DNA from: an archaeon
Lineage (GTDB): Archaea; Iainarchaeota; Iainarchaeia; Iainarchaeales; JAAZKV01
Direction: 5' to 3'
Assembly: GCA_041661245.1 (NCBI GenBank)
Contig: JBAZUY010000001.1
Span: forward strand, 678,876-742,875
DNA length: 64,000 bases
Shown here: positions 1-10,200 of the stretch, one piece after another
Layout: every line of letters starts with the position of its first letter
Position numbering within the stretch: position 1 is the first letter of the stretch
Notes under the pieces: model-generated
The model's input: the letters and a program-made list of their open reading frames with translations, nothing else
Told to the model about the DNA's origin: nothing
Databases searched by the model: none
Translations under genes and position numbers: made by a program

Positions 1-200
1 TCTTTTTTTGGTTTAATTTTCATTATAGTAAAATATCTATTACTTAATCCTTCAGCGCATCTTTTTGGGCAGCCGATTTCTTGTTTTCTATCAAGTACTA
101 ACACATTTGCTTTTCCTTTAGCTAGTTCAAGTGCGGCAGATAATCCTGCAGGTCCAGCACCAACAATAATTGCATCATAAACAGTTTCATTTCCAATCAT
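1..200 (-). CDS. Geranylgeranyl reductase family FAD-dependent oxidoreductase, N-terminal part only (gene runs off the window start)
   Basis: Not in the ORF track because it is open at the window edge. Reverse translation from ATG (complement of 198-200) gives MIGNETVYDAIIVGAGPAGLSAALELAKGKANVLVLDRKQEIGCPKRCAEGL. It has a GxGxxG FAD fold followed by the GCP..C.EG segment typical of archaeal lipid reductases. An SD-like GGTGATTG lies just upstream. Confidence 0.65.
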   Translation of the reverse strand, partial: MIGNETVYDAIIVGAGPAGLSAALELAKGKANVLVLDRKQEIGCPKRCAEGLSNRYFTIMKIKPKK

Positions 201-227
201 TACAATCACCGCACCAATTTAATTTTT

Positions 228-398
228 TTAAAGACTCATTGCTCCAACAGGGCATATTTTTACACAAGATCCGCAGTTAATGCATTTCTTTTCGTCAATA
301 ACAATTCTAGTATCTTTTAATGTTATTGCGCTAACTGGGCAAACGCCAACACATGCTCCGCAATACAAACACTTATTTGAGTTATTTTTTACAACCAT
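228..398 (-). CDS. 2x[4Fe-4S] ferredoxin (56 aa), probable electron donor for the downstream GGR
   Basis: Too short for the ORF track. Reverse translation gives MVVKNNSNKCLYCGACVGVCPVSAITLKDTRIVIDEKKCINCGSCVKICPVGAMSL, with two CxxCxxCxxxCP motifs. It lies 27 nt upstream of the GGR start on the same strand. Confidence 0.8.
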   Translation of the reverse strand: MVVKNNSNKCLYCGACVGVCPVSAITLKDTRIVIDEKKCINCGSCVKICPVGAMSL

Positions 399-473
399 TT
401 CTGTTCACCACTTCAATTATCGTAATTTATTTCTTGTTAGTATCCTTTAAAAATGCTCTTTTTGTTCAAAGTA

Positions 474-1190
474 TTAAAGTTCTTTAACAAATATGTGTCC
501 TTGGTGGGTATATCCTAGGTCTCTTGCAACATAAGTGTAAGTTCGGTGAATTCTTCTTCTGATTCTTTCCCTTGCTTGGTCTAATAAATGATTAAGTTCA
601 GTTTTTTCTTTGTCACTCAAACCTTTCTCTGAGAATTTGGCTGCCAGTTCTTTGCCCCGTTCATTAAGCCCTCCAAGTGGATTTGGAGATTTGTATGAAG
701 CCATTACTTCAGGAGTAGGGAATACTACTCGGGAGTATCCGTTTGCTTTCGCTTGTTTTTCAATCTCTAAAACAAGATAGTTAGTAATAGGCATTTTAAC
801 AATTTCTTCAAACTCTTTTATTTGTCTGGCTTTTCCAGGTTTTCCTTGCAAAGCAGTTATGAAAACTTCGTTTTTATTAAATTCTACTCTTGCTTCAAAA
901 GCAATCCGTGTGTGCACTTCTTCGCCAAGAGTATTAAATGCTAAAGAAACGGAGATTGGGGATCCGCGAAAACTTCTGTGTAAATCTATTGCAAACTCAT
1001 GTTCTCCTTTTAGAGTATGGTGTTTGAAATTATTTATGAATCTTTTTCCAAATTTAACATAATTTTCTGTCGATTCTCTTGCTGCAATCATGGAGGGTCT
1101 AAAGATTTTCCATCTGGTTTGTGTTCTTGTGTTTTCTTTTTTAACAGCAGCTGGCAGCGTATGAAGTCTGTGTGGCATGAGTATCAACAA
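474..1190 (-). CDS. Hypothetical protein (238 aa), basic termini, possible alpha/beta fold
   Basis: Long ORF in an AT-rich background. I recognise no motif with confidence. The segment ITALQGKPGKARQIKEFEEIVKMPITNYLVLEIEKQAKANGYSRVVF is vaguely acyltransferase-like. Confidence 0.5.
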   Translation of the reverse strand: MLILMPHRLHTLPAAVKKENTRTQTRWKIFRPSMIAARESTENYVKFGKRFINNFKHHTLKGEHEFAIDLHRSFRGSPISVSLAFNTLGEEVHTRIAFEARVEFNKNEVFITALQGKPGKARQIKEFEEIVKMPITNYLVLEIEKQAKANGYSRVVFPTPEVMASYKSPNPLGGLNERGKELAAKFSEKGLSDKEKTELNHLLDQARERIRRRIHRTYTYVARDLGYTHQGHIFVKEL

Positions 1191-1235
1191 TCATGTATTA
1201 AAGTTAAATTTAAACTTAATTGCTCGTTAATTTTT

Positions 1236-1823
1236 TTATTCTAAGAATTGTTCGTATTTTTCTGAGTTAAATCTGTACAGGAACCTTTTGATTTTTTGTT
1301 TTTTATAAGAATATTTTTTTATTACAGCAAGTTTTTCGCCTTTGTATTCTTCAAATACATGTTCTTGTGCAGGATCAAGAATAATAAATTCTTTATTTAT
1401 TTCAGTAACAACGAACGCGTGAGTTTTAAGATCGTCAAGTTCTGCAATAATAACTTCCGCAGTACTGTCCCCCAGGGTTTTCATTGCAGCGCAAAGAAAA
1501 ACTGCTAAATCTTCATCATCCGCCACTTTTATTTGTAATAGTTCTCTTGGAGCAAGCCAGTAGTTTACATTCAAATCAATTTCAACAAAAGAAACTTCTT
1601 TTTTTACAAAATCAAATGCTTGTTTTAGTGCAGGTTCATAATCTTGTTCAAATTTGTAAGCGGGGTCCTTGAAATCTTCAACAAAAGATTGAACTGTTAG
1701 GTCAGTTCCATCAACAAGTGCTTTAATTTCCCCAATAGTGCGTTTCTCTCTTTCATTAATGATATCAGAGTATTTCTCAAGCAAGTACTTGCATAATATT
1801 AGTTCATTCTCTATATTTCCCAT
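1236..1823 (-). CDS. Hypothetical protein, possible transglutaminase-like fold with the nucleophile position substituted
   Basis: ADDEDLAVFLCAAMKTLG...THAFVVTEINKEFIILDP resembles the G.C.DFA..F...R.G (Cys) ... HAW.EV (His) ... DP (Asp) core of transglutaminase-like proteases. The canonical Cys position appears to hold Asp. Confidence 0.35.
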   Translation of the reverse strand: MGNIENELILCKYLLEKYSDIINEREKRTIGEIKALVDGTDLTVQSFVEDFKDPAYKFEQDYEPALKQAFDFVKKEVSFVEIDLNVNYWLAPRELLQIKVADDEDLAVFLCAAMKTLGDSTAEVIIAELDDLKTHAFVVTEINKEFIILDPAQEHVFEEYKGEKLAVIKKYSYKKQKIKRFLYRFNSEKYEQFLE

Positions 1824-1919
1824 AAGAGTATATCACTCGGAAGGGGTTAAAAATAGGTTTTTTTTAGGGGGTAAAAATGGTCCAAAAGTCTCTCTTTTGC
1901 CAGTTATTGTGCATTTTGG

Positions 1920-3248
1920 CTAAAGTGCTTCTTCTTCAAAGATAAGTGTTTTTCCAGTGACTTTTTGCGTGAATTCTTTAATTTGGGTGAGTTCATCAGC
2001 AATGGATTTTTTTATTGCAAGGGTTTGTCTTTCAATAAAACTTACTTTTTCTTTAAGTTCAAATAATTCCTTGTCCATTTCTTTTTCTTTTCGCTCTTCT
2101 TTCTCCAAATCAGTTTTTGCTGCGCTCTTACTTAGCTCTTTGTTTAAGTCAATTTGCTTTTTTTGTAATTCATTCATCTTCCAAAATACTTTTCCAAAGA
2201 AATCAAAATTAATTATTTCCGAAAGCGCTGCAAGTCTTGTTTCCTTTTCCTTATCTTTTAATTCTACTGCTCCTTCTTCAATTGCTTTTACAATTTCTGT
2301 GAGTACTTTCTTGAAAATTTCTGCTTTTGGATCTTTTTTTAGTGCGAGAATTGGATTTGTAATAAACAGATCAAGCATTTCTTTCTCTTCTTTTGAAATC
2401 TTCCATCGTCCTGAATCAACCAACTGTTTGAATCTTGCAAGAGGCCTGTCAACATTAATTAATAGTGCACTAATTTGGGTTTTGAGGTCCTGTTTCTCAC
2501 TCATAAGTTTAGTCATTTCTTCTTCCAAGTGTTTAACCTCTACCATTTCTTTTCCAACTTTTTTCTTCAAAATATTTTCTTTTTGATTGGCAAATAAGCT
2601 TTCTTTTTCACTAATTTGTGTATTGACAGTAGCTAATTGTTCATTTAATTTACTTAAGGAATGTTTCTTTTCAGTAATTGAGCCAATATTTTCTTTTAAT
2701 TTTTCAAAATCAAACAAATCCTTATTTTCTGCATAATTTTTATTTAACTCAATAAAAATGTTAATCATTTCTTGTAAAATTTCCCCAATTTCTTTCATTT
2801 CTTCTTTTAAATAAAAACTTGTATAAATTATATTTTTTCTAAAAGAAACAATTTCATTAATTAATAAAGCATAACTTTCTCCAGAGTAAGCTCTTGCATC
2901 ATCGAGAGTGTTTCCTCGGTCTGTTGGGTTTATTTTTTCCAAAAGTTTTTTTAGTTGATGTTCAATTTGGTGTTTTGAAGTAAGAACCGCTCTATTCAAT
3001 CTCTCATTTTCTTTGCCCTCAAGTTCTTTTTCCTTTAGTTCTTCAATCAATCCTGTGCATTTACTGTGCAGGTATTTAATTTCAGAAAATTTCTTCGCGG
3101 ATAAGTTCTCAAGTGCGTTTTTTTTAATTAAAAATTCTTTTTCAATCATCATGGGGATTTGTTCAATGTTTACTTTTACAATAGCATGTTCTTTTTTGAA
3201 AAATCCTTTAAGCACACTAATAAACTTTGCAATAAGCGTGAAAACCAT
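1920..3248 (-). CDS. Long coiled-coil protein (442 aa), function unknown
   Basis: Glu/Lys/Leu-rich sequence with heptad-like character throughout. No enzymatic motif is evident. The antisense ORF 1957-2586 is a composition artefact. Confidence 0.6.
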   Translation of the reverse strand: MVFTLIAKFISVLKGFFKKEHAIVKVNIEQIPMMIEKEFLIKKNALENLSAKKFSEIKYLHSKCTGLIEELKEKELEGKENERLNRAVLTSKHQIEHQLKKLLEKINPTDRGNTLDDARAYSGESYALLINEIVSFRKNIIYTSFYLKEEMKEIGEILQEMINIFIELNKNYAENKDLFDFEKLKENIGSITEKKHSLSKLNEQLATVNTQISEKESLFANQKENILKKKVGKEMVEVKHLEEEMTKLMSEKQDLKTQISALLINVDRPLARFKQLVDSGRWKISKEEKEMLDLFITNPILALKKDPKAEIFKKVLTEIVKAIEEGAVELKDKEKETRLAALSEIINFDFFGKVFWKMNELQKKQIDLNKELSKSAAKTDLEKEERKEKEMDKELFELKEKVSFIERQTLAIKKSIADELTQIKEFTQKVTGKTLIFEEEAL

Positions 3249-3270
3249 ACCCTATTTAGCGCTAAAAAGC

Positions 3271-3278
3271 TTATATAT
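3271..3278 (-). promoter_or_regulatory. TATA-like box for the coiled-coil gene
   Basis: TTATATAT lies 23-30 nt upstream of the start at 3248, which is leaderless-type spacing. Confidence 0.4.
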
Positions 3279-3327
3279 TCTTCTTAGAGTTTGCCTTGAA
3301 ATTTAACGCCGGCAAACCACTGAGACT

Positions 3328-3337
3328 AAATTTATAA
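3328..3337 (+). promoter_or_regulatory. TATA-like box for the recJ-like gene
   Basis: AAATTTATAA is centred about 30 nt upstream of the ATG at 3363. Confidence 0.4.
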
Positions 3338-3362
3338 CCCTAAAGAAACTAATTTCTATTAC

Positions 3363-4808
3363 ATGTATTCTCATTCTGAAGAACTAGGCGAACGCGATGA
3401 AAGCGGGTTTTTTGCAGTAATTGACAAAATCGCCTTGGAAGTAAAAAAAAGAGATGATTTTGTTGTTGTATTTCATTATGATGCTGATGGTTGTGCAAGC
3501 GGGGCGATTGCAGTTAAGGCGCTTGAGAGAGAAGGGAAAAAGGTTGCAACTCTTTGTTTAAAACAACTTTACAAAGAAAATATTCCTCAAATCACTGCTC
3601 TAGGAAAAAATTATTTATTTGTTGATTTTGGTTCAGGACAACTTGATTACTTAAAACAAGAATTTAATGATGATTTTTTTGTACTTGATCATCACCAACC
3701 CTGCTTAGTTGATGGAAAAGTATTAGCACACAAATTTCATGCAAACCCCTTATTGTTTGGGATTAATGGGGGAACTGAACTTAGCGGGGCAGGAGTAACC
3801 TTCTTTTTTGCTAATGCATTAAATGAAAAAAATAAAGATTTAAGTGTGCTTGCAATTGTTGGAGCGTGCGGAGACATGCAAGAATCACGCGGAGCGCTTG
3901 AAGGATTAAACAGAAAAATAATGCAAATCGCTGAGGAAGAAAAACTTTTGTCCGTGAAAAAAGATTTGCGTTTATTTGGAAGAATATCTCGCCCATTAGT
4001 TTCTTTTCTTTGTTTTTCATCAAATCCAATTTTGCCCCAACTAACTGCAAACGAAGAAAATTGTGTTGCGTTCATTAAAGGATTAGGCATTCCTCTAAAA
4101 GATCCTTTTACGGAAAGATACTTGTCTTATGAAGATCTTTCTCTTGATCAAAAACGTTCGCTTTCCTCTGCACTAATAATGCACTTAAGTAATTATGGTG
4201 TTGAAGAATGGAAAATAAAAGAATTAATTGGGGAAGTTTATACCCTTGAAAAAGAAAAAGAAAAAAGTCCGCTTCGTGATGCAAAAGAATTTGCAACCGC
4301 ACTTAATTCTGCAGGCAGACACAAGCAACCAAATGTTGCGCTAAATGTTTGTATGGGGGATAGAAATCCAAGCGGAGAGTATGGAAATATTATTGCGTTG
4401 CTTGATGAACACCGAGCAGCTCTACGTAATGGAATAGAGTTTATTCACAATCACGGAATCTCAGAAAGAAAAACTTTTTATTTTTTTGATGCAAAAGATC
4501 AAATAGAAGAATCCTTAGTTGGAATAATTGCTGGAATGCTTTACGGTTCAGTTATTCAAGAAAATAAACCAATTATTGCTTTAGCAAGAAATAGTGACGG
4601 CACAGTAAAAGCAAGCGGGAGAGGAACAAGCGCTTTACTTAGAAGGGGATTAAACATTGGGGCTGCACTAAAAGAAATTGGATTGGTTATTCCTGGTGTT
4701 GAAGGAGGGGGACACAAAATTGCAGCTGGTGCAAAAATCCCTTCAGATAAAGTTGAAGAATTTTTAGACTTACTTGAAAAAAAATTTGAAAGTCAACTAA
4801 AAAACTAG
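3363..4808 (+). CDS. recJ: DHH/DHHA1 phosphoesterase, archaeal RecJ/GAN (Cdc45-like) nuclease family
   Basis: DHH-family motifs are present: VVFHYDADGCASG, FVDFGSG, FVLDHHQP, GACGDM and the DHHA1 motif GGGHKIAAGA. Confidence 0.8.
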   Translation: MYSHSEELGERDESGFFAVIDKIALEVKKRDDFVVVFHYDADGCASGAIAVKALEREGKKVATLCLKQLYKENIPQITALGKNYLFVDFGSGQLDYLKQEFNDDFFVLDHHQPCLVDGKVLAHKFHANPLLFGINGGTELSGAGVTFFFANALNEKNKDLSVLAIVGACGDMQESRGALEGLNRKIMQIAEEEKLLSVKKDLRLFGRISRPLVSFLCFSSNPILPQLTANEENCVAFIKGLGIPLKDPFTERYLSYEDLSLDQKRSLSSALIMHLSNYGVEEWKIKELIGEVYTLEKEKEKSPLRDAKEFATALNSAGRHKQPNVALNVCMGDRNPSGEYGNIIALLDEHRAALRNGIEFIHNHGISERKTFYFFDAKDQIEESLVGIIAGMLYGSVIQENKPIIALARNSDGTVKASGRGTSALLRRGLNIGAALKEIGLVIPGVEGGGHKIAAGAKIPSDKVEEFLDLLEKKFESQLKN

Positions 4809-4835
4809 CGTTAGTTATTAAAATTAAACTTGAAC

Positions 4836-5585
4836 TCATTCTCCAAGCATTTTCCTCATAGTAATAATTTTTAACATTTTATTGTTTACTCCATCAATAG
4901 TAATTATTCGGGGTGTAACAAAATTTGCATCAAGCCCTGGCACGGGTTTTAATGGGGGTTCAACAGGTTCTAAGATTCCTTGATCTATTAGTTTTTTTGA
5001 TGGGTCCGCTGCATGGGAAACGTGTTCAGCGCAAGTCCACCAACTGTCAATGTCCCAATTCACCCTGCGTTTAATTCCGAGGGCTTTGTTTAGTTCATTA
5101 ATTCCATACGATAATAAAAGTGGGGTATCATATCTTCCTTTGATACGGTTAATGTTCCTTAGGAATGCTTCCATTTGTTTTGGGGTTGCATTTTCCCAAC
5201 GAAGAATTGCATACACAATTCCTTTTTTGTGAGCTTCTTTAAATGGGCGGGTTATTCCTGCGCGTCCTTTTCTAAAATCTCTTAGCAGTAGTTCATTGTT
5301 TGCTCCGCGTCCAACAAAAACCCCTACATGGCTATATGGGGATCCATTGGCGTTTGCAAGGCCTCTACTAATCCAGCTTCTTGTATCAATTGAAGCCAAG
5401 ATATCTCCTGCTTTCACTAAATGCAGTGCAGGTAATGTTGTGTTTTCAGAAAGTCTAAGTAGTCCTTTTCTATTTCTGCTTCGAATGATGCTTCTAATTT
5501 TTTCTAATCTTTTTTCTTTACTTTGCAAAGGCACCTGTCCGGCCTTTCTTTTAAGGTCATCAACAACTCTTTTCATTTTTTGCAT
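4836..5585 (-). CDS. Permuted papain-fold (YiiX/C92-like) putative amidase/peptidase with a basic N-terminal extension
   Basis: GDILASID..(x)..SPYSHVGVFVG followed late by WWTCAEHVSHA, giving the His-before-Cys order typical of the permuted NlpC/P60-like family. The N-terminus is KRKAGQ..KEKRLEKIRSIIRSRNRK. Confidence 0.45.
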   Translation of the reverse strand: MQKMKRVVDDLKRKAGQVPLQSKEKRLEKIRSIIRSRNRKGLLRLSENTTLPALHLVKAGDILASIDTRSWISRGLANANGSPYSHVGVFVGRGANNELLLRDFRKGRAGITRPFKEAHKKGIVYAILRWENATPKQMEAFLRNINRIKGRYDTPLLLSYGINELNKALGIKRRVNWDIDSWWTCAEHVSHAADPSKKLIDQGILEPVEPPLKPVPGLDANFVTPRIITIDGVNNKMLKIITMRKMLGE

Positions 5586-5638
5586 ATTAATCTCTACATA
5601 TTAAGTGAATTTAAATTAAATGCTATGGGGGAAAGGAG

Positions 5639-7168
5639 TTAATCCACTGCTTGAATTATTCCCTTTTTCTTTAATTGCTGTTCAAGTGTAACAAGTTCTT
5701 TTTGAACTGAATTAGTTAAGTTAGTTGCAACTTTAGTCGGAATACTCCTTTTAGCAAGTTTGTAATTAATTATTTGAAGTTCCAGTTCAAGGAGGTTTTT
5801 GCTGAGTGTGAGTTCATTTGCTCCTACAAGTTTTCCTAAAAATTCTTCCTCAATTAATTTTAGTTTTGCCTGTTTCTGGATTGAATTCTTTTCCAGTTCT
5901 TCAACAAGTTCAAACAAAACATCCTCGGTAATTTCGCGCTTGTAAAATTTTCTATTTAGATCAGTCAACCGGGTAGTTGTATCGCTTAGTTCACTAAACA
6001 AATTTACAAATTCAGTTTCTTTCCCTTTTAATGAAAAGAAAACTGTTGCGCTAGTTTCAATTGCTTTTTTTGTTAACGCATTCAAAAATTCACTTGTTTT
6101 TTCTGCACCGTTTTCGATTAAAAGTGGGCGAATTCCTTCAAGTAATATGATTGGGGCATTAGCTTTTTCCATGAATGAAAAAATGGATCTACTTAGAATA
6201 TCTATTTCTTTTGGGTTCATTTGTCCTTCCCCCGCTTCTGCACTATCGCTAATCCAAATAATGGGGGTCTTTGGCAAAGAATATATTTTTCGTACTTGCT
6301 CGGGGAAAGTAGTTGAAACAAGCAATCCTTGTCTATCATGTTTTACAAGATTTGCAAAAATTCTAAATCCTCTTTTTCTGGCTTCGTTTTTTTCATCAAA
6401 AGAATAAACTTTGCCCCGCCCTGCAGAAAAAAGAACTTTTTCTTTACTGTTTTCTTCAGAAACCGGAGTAATAACAAAAATTTTGTGCTGAACTACCGCA
6501 TAACTGATAATTATGCATCCAATTAAAATCAAAATGCTTGTAATTTTTAGTTCTCCAAACCCAAGTGCCCTTAGGATGAATACATCGCAAGGCAAACCGA
6601 TGATTGATCCAATGAGGACTCCAATGAATACAAAAAATATATTCCTTTTTTCAGATTCAATATTTGATTTTAAATATTCAATAAACAAAGTGCTAAATGC
6701 AGCTGTTAAAAAAATAATTAAGTGTAGTACTGCGAGAGTGTAAATGCTTCCGTATTCAACAGAATTAACTCCTTGGTCAGAGATAACTATATTTTTTATG
6801 AAATCATTTGAGAAAAACATTAAATATATTAAAATTAACGGGATGATTAAAACAAAAAGTTTTGAAGACTCATTTTGAAAAATTGTTTTTCGAGATCTAG
6901 GAAAATTACTTGCAAATAAAAAAAACAATGCTGATAATAAAATAAATCCTGCCCAATAAGCATATATCGCGGTTCTTGCCGCCGGGATAGTTGTTGCTAA
7001 TTGAAAGAATAAATCTCCTGCAACGTGAAGTGTAACCGCAACCATGAACAAAAAATAATAAAATGCTGCAGGACTCTTAATTTTTTTAATCAAAATATAT
7101 AAGGCAAGTAATGCATTAGCAATTACTGAAATTACTAGCCCTGAAAACAGAAAAATATTCATTGCCAT
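5639..7168 (-). CDS. Membrane sensor-like protein: N-terminal ~7 TM region + DUF835-like domain + C-terminal coiled coil
   Basis: About 230 aa of repeated hydrophobic helices come first. They are followed by GLLVSTTFPEQVRKIYSLPKTPIIWISD...IILLEGIRPLLIENG, which matches my memory of the archaeal DUF835 pattern. The tail is coiled coil and contains FYKREITEDVLFELVEEL. Confidence 0.55.
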   Translation of the reverse strand: MAMNIFLFSGLVISVIANALLALYILIKKIKSPAAFYYFLFMVAVTLHVAGDLFFQLATTIPAARTAIYAYWAGFILLSALFFLFASNFPRSRKTIFQNESSKLFVLIIPLILIYLMFFSNDFIKNIVISDQGVNSVEYGSIYTLAVLHLIIFLTAAFSTLFIEYLKSNIESEKRNIFFVFIGVLIGSIIGLPCDVFILRALGFGELKITSILILIGCIIISYAVVQHKIFVITPVSEENSKEKVLFSAGRGKVYSFDEKNEARKRGFRIFANLVKHDRQGLLVSTTFPEQVRKIYSLPKTPIIWISDSAEAGEGQMNPKEIDILSRSIFSFMEKANAPIILLEGIRPLLIENGAEKTSEFLNALTKKAIETSATVFFSLKGKETEFVNLFSELSDTTTRLTDLNRKFYKREITEDVLFELVEELEKNSIQKQAKLKLIEEEFLGKLVGANELTLSKNLLELELQIINYKLAKRSIPTKVATNLTNSVQKELVTLEQQLKKKGIIQAVD

Positions 7169-7253
7169 ATAGTATGTATTCTAGTTTTTCTCTAATAAAA
7201 ACTTATTTAAAGGAAAAGCCCCTTCTATTTGCAGTAAAGTTGGGTGTTATTTA

Positions 7254-10200
7254 GTGAAAAAAAAAATAAATTATTTCCTTTTGGTAACTATCTTTTTATT
7301 TGTTTTTTCCACTGTTTTTTCGACAGCGTATACTCGTACGGTGGGGTTGCCTGCAGGGGATAGGAATTCTTTTTTTAATGATTTGACTCATAATTATAAT
7401 TTTCCAGGGTTCGTTGAACCGCGAGGGTCGGATTCAGCATATGTGCAATCGGCTTCAATTGATTGGAATAAGTCCTTGTTTTCTCTTCCAAATGGGAGTC
7501 AATTAACTGCTGACAATAACTTGCTTGGGTTGTGGGATGCAAATTTAATTTCAATTTGGCATTTAGAAGAAAATGATGGCGCCCTAATAGTAGATTCTAA
7601 AGGGGGAAATAATGGTAATGGGGGGAGTTCTCATAAAAGTGCAGGAATTAATGGAAACTATGCGCAATCTTTTAGAAGTGTGGATCTTGCTACGGTGAAC
7701 CTTGATGCTAAGGCAGTAAATTTTGCAGGGAATTATTCGGAAGGAACGGTATTGGCTTGGATAAAGACCGATAGTTACGCAGATCAATCTTTTTTTTCAA
7801 TTTCTTCTAATCGGTGGTTCAGGCTGGGGATTAACACCGGAACAATCTACTGGTCAGTTTATAATGGAAGTACGCAGCCGTTTTATTATTCTTCAAGAAA
7901 AGCGCTTTCGGATAATAGGTGGCACCAAATAGTATACACTGTGGATGCTACAGGAAATAAAATTTACATTGATGGTCAGTTTGATGAAGGATCTTTTACT
8001 TCGGGAGGATCTGCGGCATCTTCATATTTTTTTGATGATGTTCCTTATTCTGCAGGAGCAACAAAATTTAGGATAGGTAATTTTTATTGGTCCACAGACG
8101 GGCGGTATTTTGATGGAAACATTGATGAAGTAACAGTTTGGAATCGAGCTTTAACGCCGACTGAAATTCAAGCACTTTACTCGTTGCAATACCCAAAGCA
8201 ATATGATCAAAATTTGAAAGTATATTGGAAATTTAACGAACTTTCTTATGTTATGGCTGATGAAGCAAATGGAAATGGTGCTAATTGTTGGCATAGTTCT
8301 TCTAATAACTTGTCTTGTTTAAGTTATTTGTCTTCATTTATTGGCCCTCGGCAGGGGGGGTTGTTTGATACTAATGGCTCTTACACTAGCGGCCCGACTT
8401 GGACTGTTGGGGGGCCATCAAGTATTTCTTTAGATTATAATGATGGGTGGTCTGCAAGTTCTTGGGTGAATTTTTGGGGGATGCATGCTAGCGGGACATA
8501 TGGGGTTTTAGTTAATGGAAGAGATTCGTCAGATATTGCATACTCTTTAGGAGTGCAAGTATCTGGTGCTGCGGGGGCACAGTTGTTTGTACCTTATGTT
8601 AAAATAAGTAATTCAGTTGATGGCCCCAAGTATTGTTATGCAACAGGAGTAAATATTCCAATTTATCAGTGGCATCAGCTTTCAGGAACCTATGATGGGT
8701 CAAGATTGAAGATTTTTTATGATGGTAAATTGATTAATACTTGCGCCACTACATTTAGCCCCTGGAAAAATGTGTCAAGTCGAATTGAACAAGGAATTGA
8801 TGTGGCTTCAATTTATGGAATGGTTGAAGAAACTAAATTGTATTCTTATGCTTTGTCAGATCAACAAATGGGGGAAGATTTTAATAGAATAAAAAGTTCT
8901 CATTTTGTTGGGGCAATCCCAATCTATTCTCCAACCCTATCCTCTCTTCGTTGGGACTCCGCAAAAGTTAATTCCTCTACAAATTTTTCATTTGGAAAAG
9001 AAATTTTATCTACAGACACAAAGTATTTTGATCAAAATCTTAAGGCGCTTTATCACCTAAATTCTTCTCCACAAGATAGTTCTGGGAATGGATTTGATGC
9101 AAATTTATATGGCGAAGGTGATGAGTATGTCTCGGGGCTATGGGGTACGCAAGCTGTAAGCCTGGATGGAAATGATTCTTTATCAATAAACAGTATGAAC
9201 AACTTGCTTTGTGGGGCAACAAGCACGGGGAAGTTTAGTTGGAGTGGGTGGATAAAACCTGATTCGATTTGTAACTATAATCCTACTTGGTGTACTTTAT
9301 ATGGGTCGTCAGGATTTACAATACGTAACCATAGTTCCCAATCTCTTTATGTCTATAATGGATCAACAGGAATTTTTAGTACTACTCAACCCTTCAATCC
9401 AAATTATTGGACGCATGTTGTTTTTACCTACGGGGGAGGAGTACGCAAACTCTATATCAATGGCCAGTTAGTTTTAAACACGGTCGGGGCAATCACATTT
9501 AATAATTGCTCTTCCTATTACCCACAAATTGGCGCGCTTAACAGAGGGGACTTTTTTAGAGGGGATGTGGAGGAAATTGCGCTTTGGGATAAAGACTTGT
9601 CTTATGATGATGTTGTTGATTTATTTAGAAAAGGAGTATCAAGTCTTGATTTAAATTTTTATTCCTGCGCAGATTACAATTGTAATAATAAAACTGCGTC
9701 AGTATTTATTGCAGACGCAAACAATAACCAAGATTATTCTTTAGCACAACTTCCTGTTACAAACTATTTAGGGTATGACGCTTTTTTCAAAACCGCCCCC
9801 TCCTTTTCAGATTATAATTTTGGGTTTGGTGCGTATGGGGCTTTCCTAAAAAACGTTGTTGTCGATGCCTCTCCAGGAAATACAAACCCAATTATGAATT
9901 TTAATTTAGTTGGAACAGATAACGCAAAAGGGGCAATTAGCACAAAGAATGGAACTGTAACTTTGGACTTTGACGTATTTGATTTACAAAATGACAGACT
10001 TGATTTGAATGTATATTTGAGTAATAATTCAGACATTAATAATTTATCAAGTGACACACTTGTAATAACAGATCTTAATTTGACAAGCACTCAATGTTCA
10101 AGCATTACTTGGAACGTAACTTCCGCGCATTGTACTCTTGACATTAACACCCCGCTTGCAATTGATGCTCAGGCGAAATATGTTAAATTATTAGTGAGTG

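Noticed and set aside
7254-7270. A10 homopolymer directly after the GTG start of the giant adhesin gene, considered as a slipped-strand phase-variation switch.
   Set aside because: It simply encodes the KKK n-region of a signal peptide. A-runs of 7-10 nt are common throughout this AT-rich window, including inside housekeeping genes, so there is no specific evidence for phase variation.
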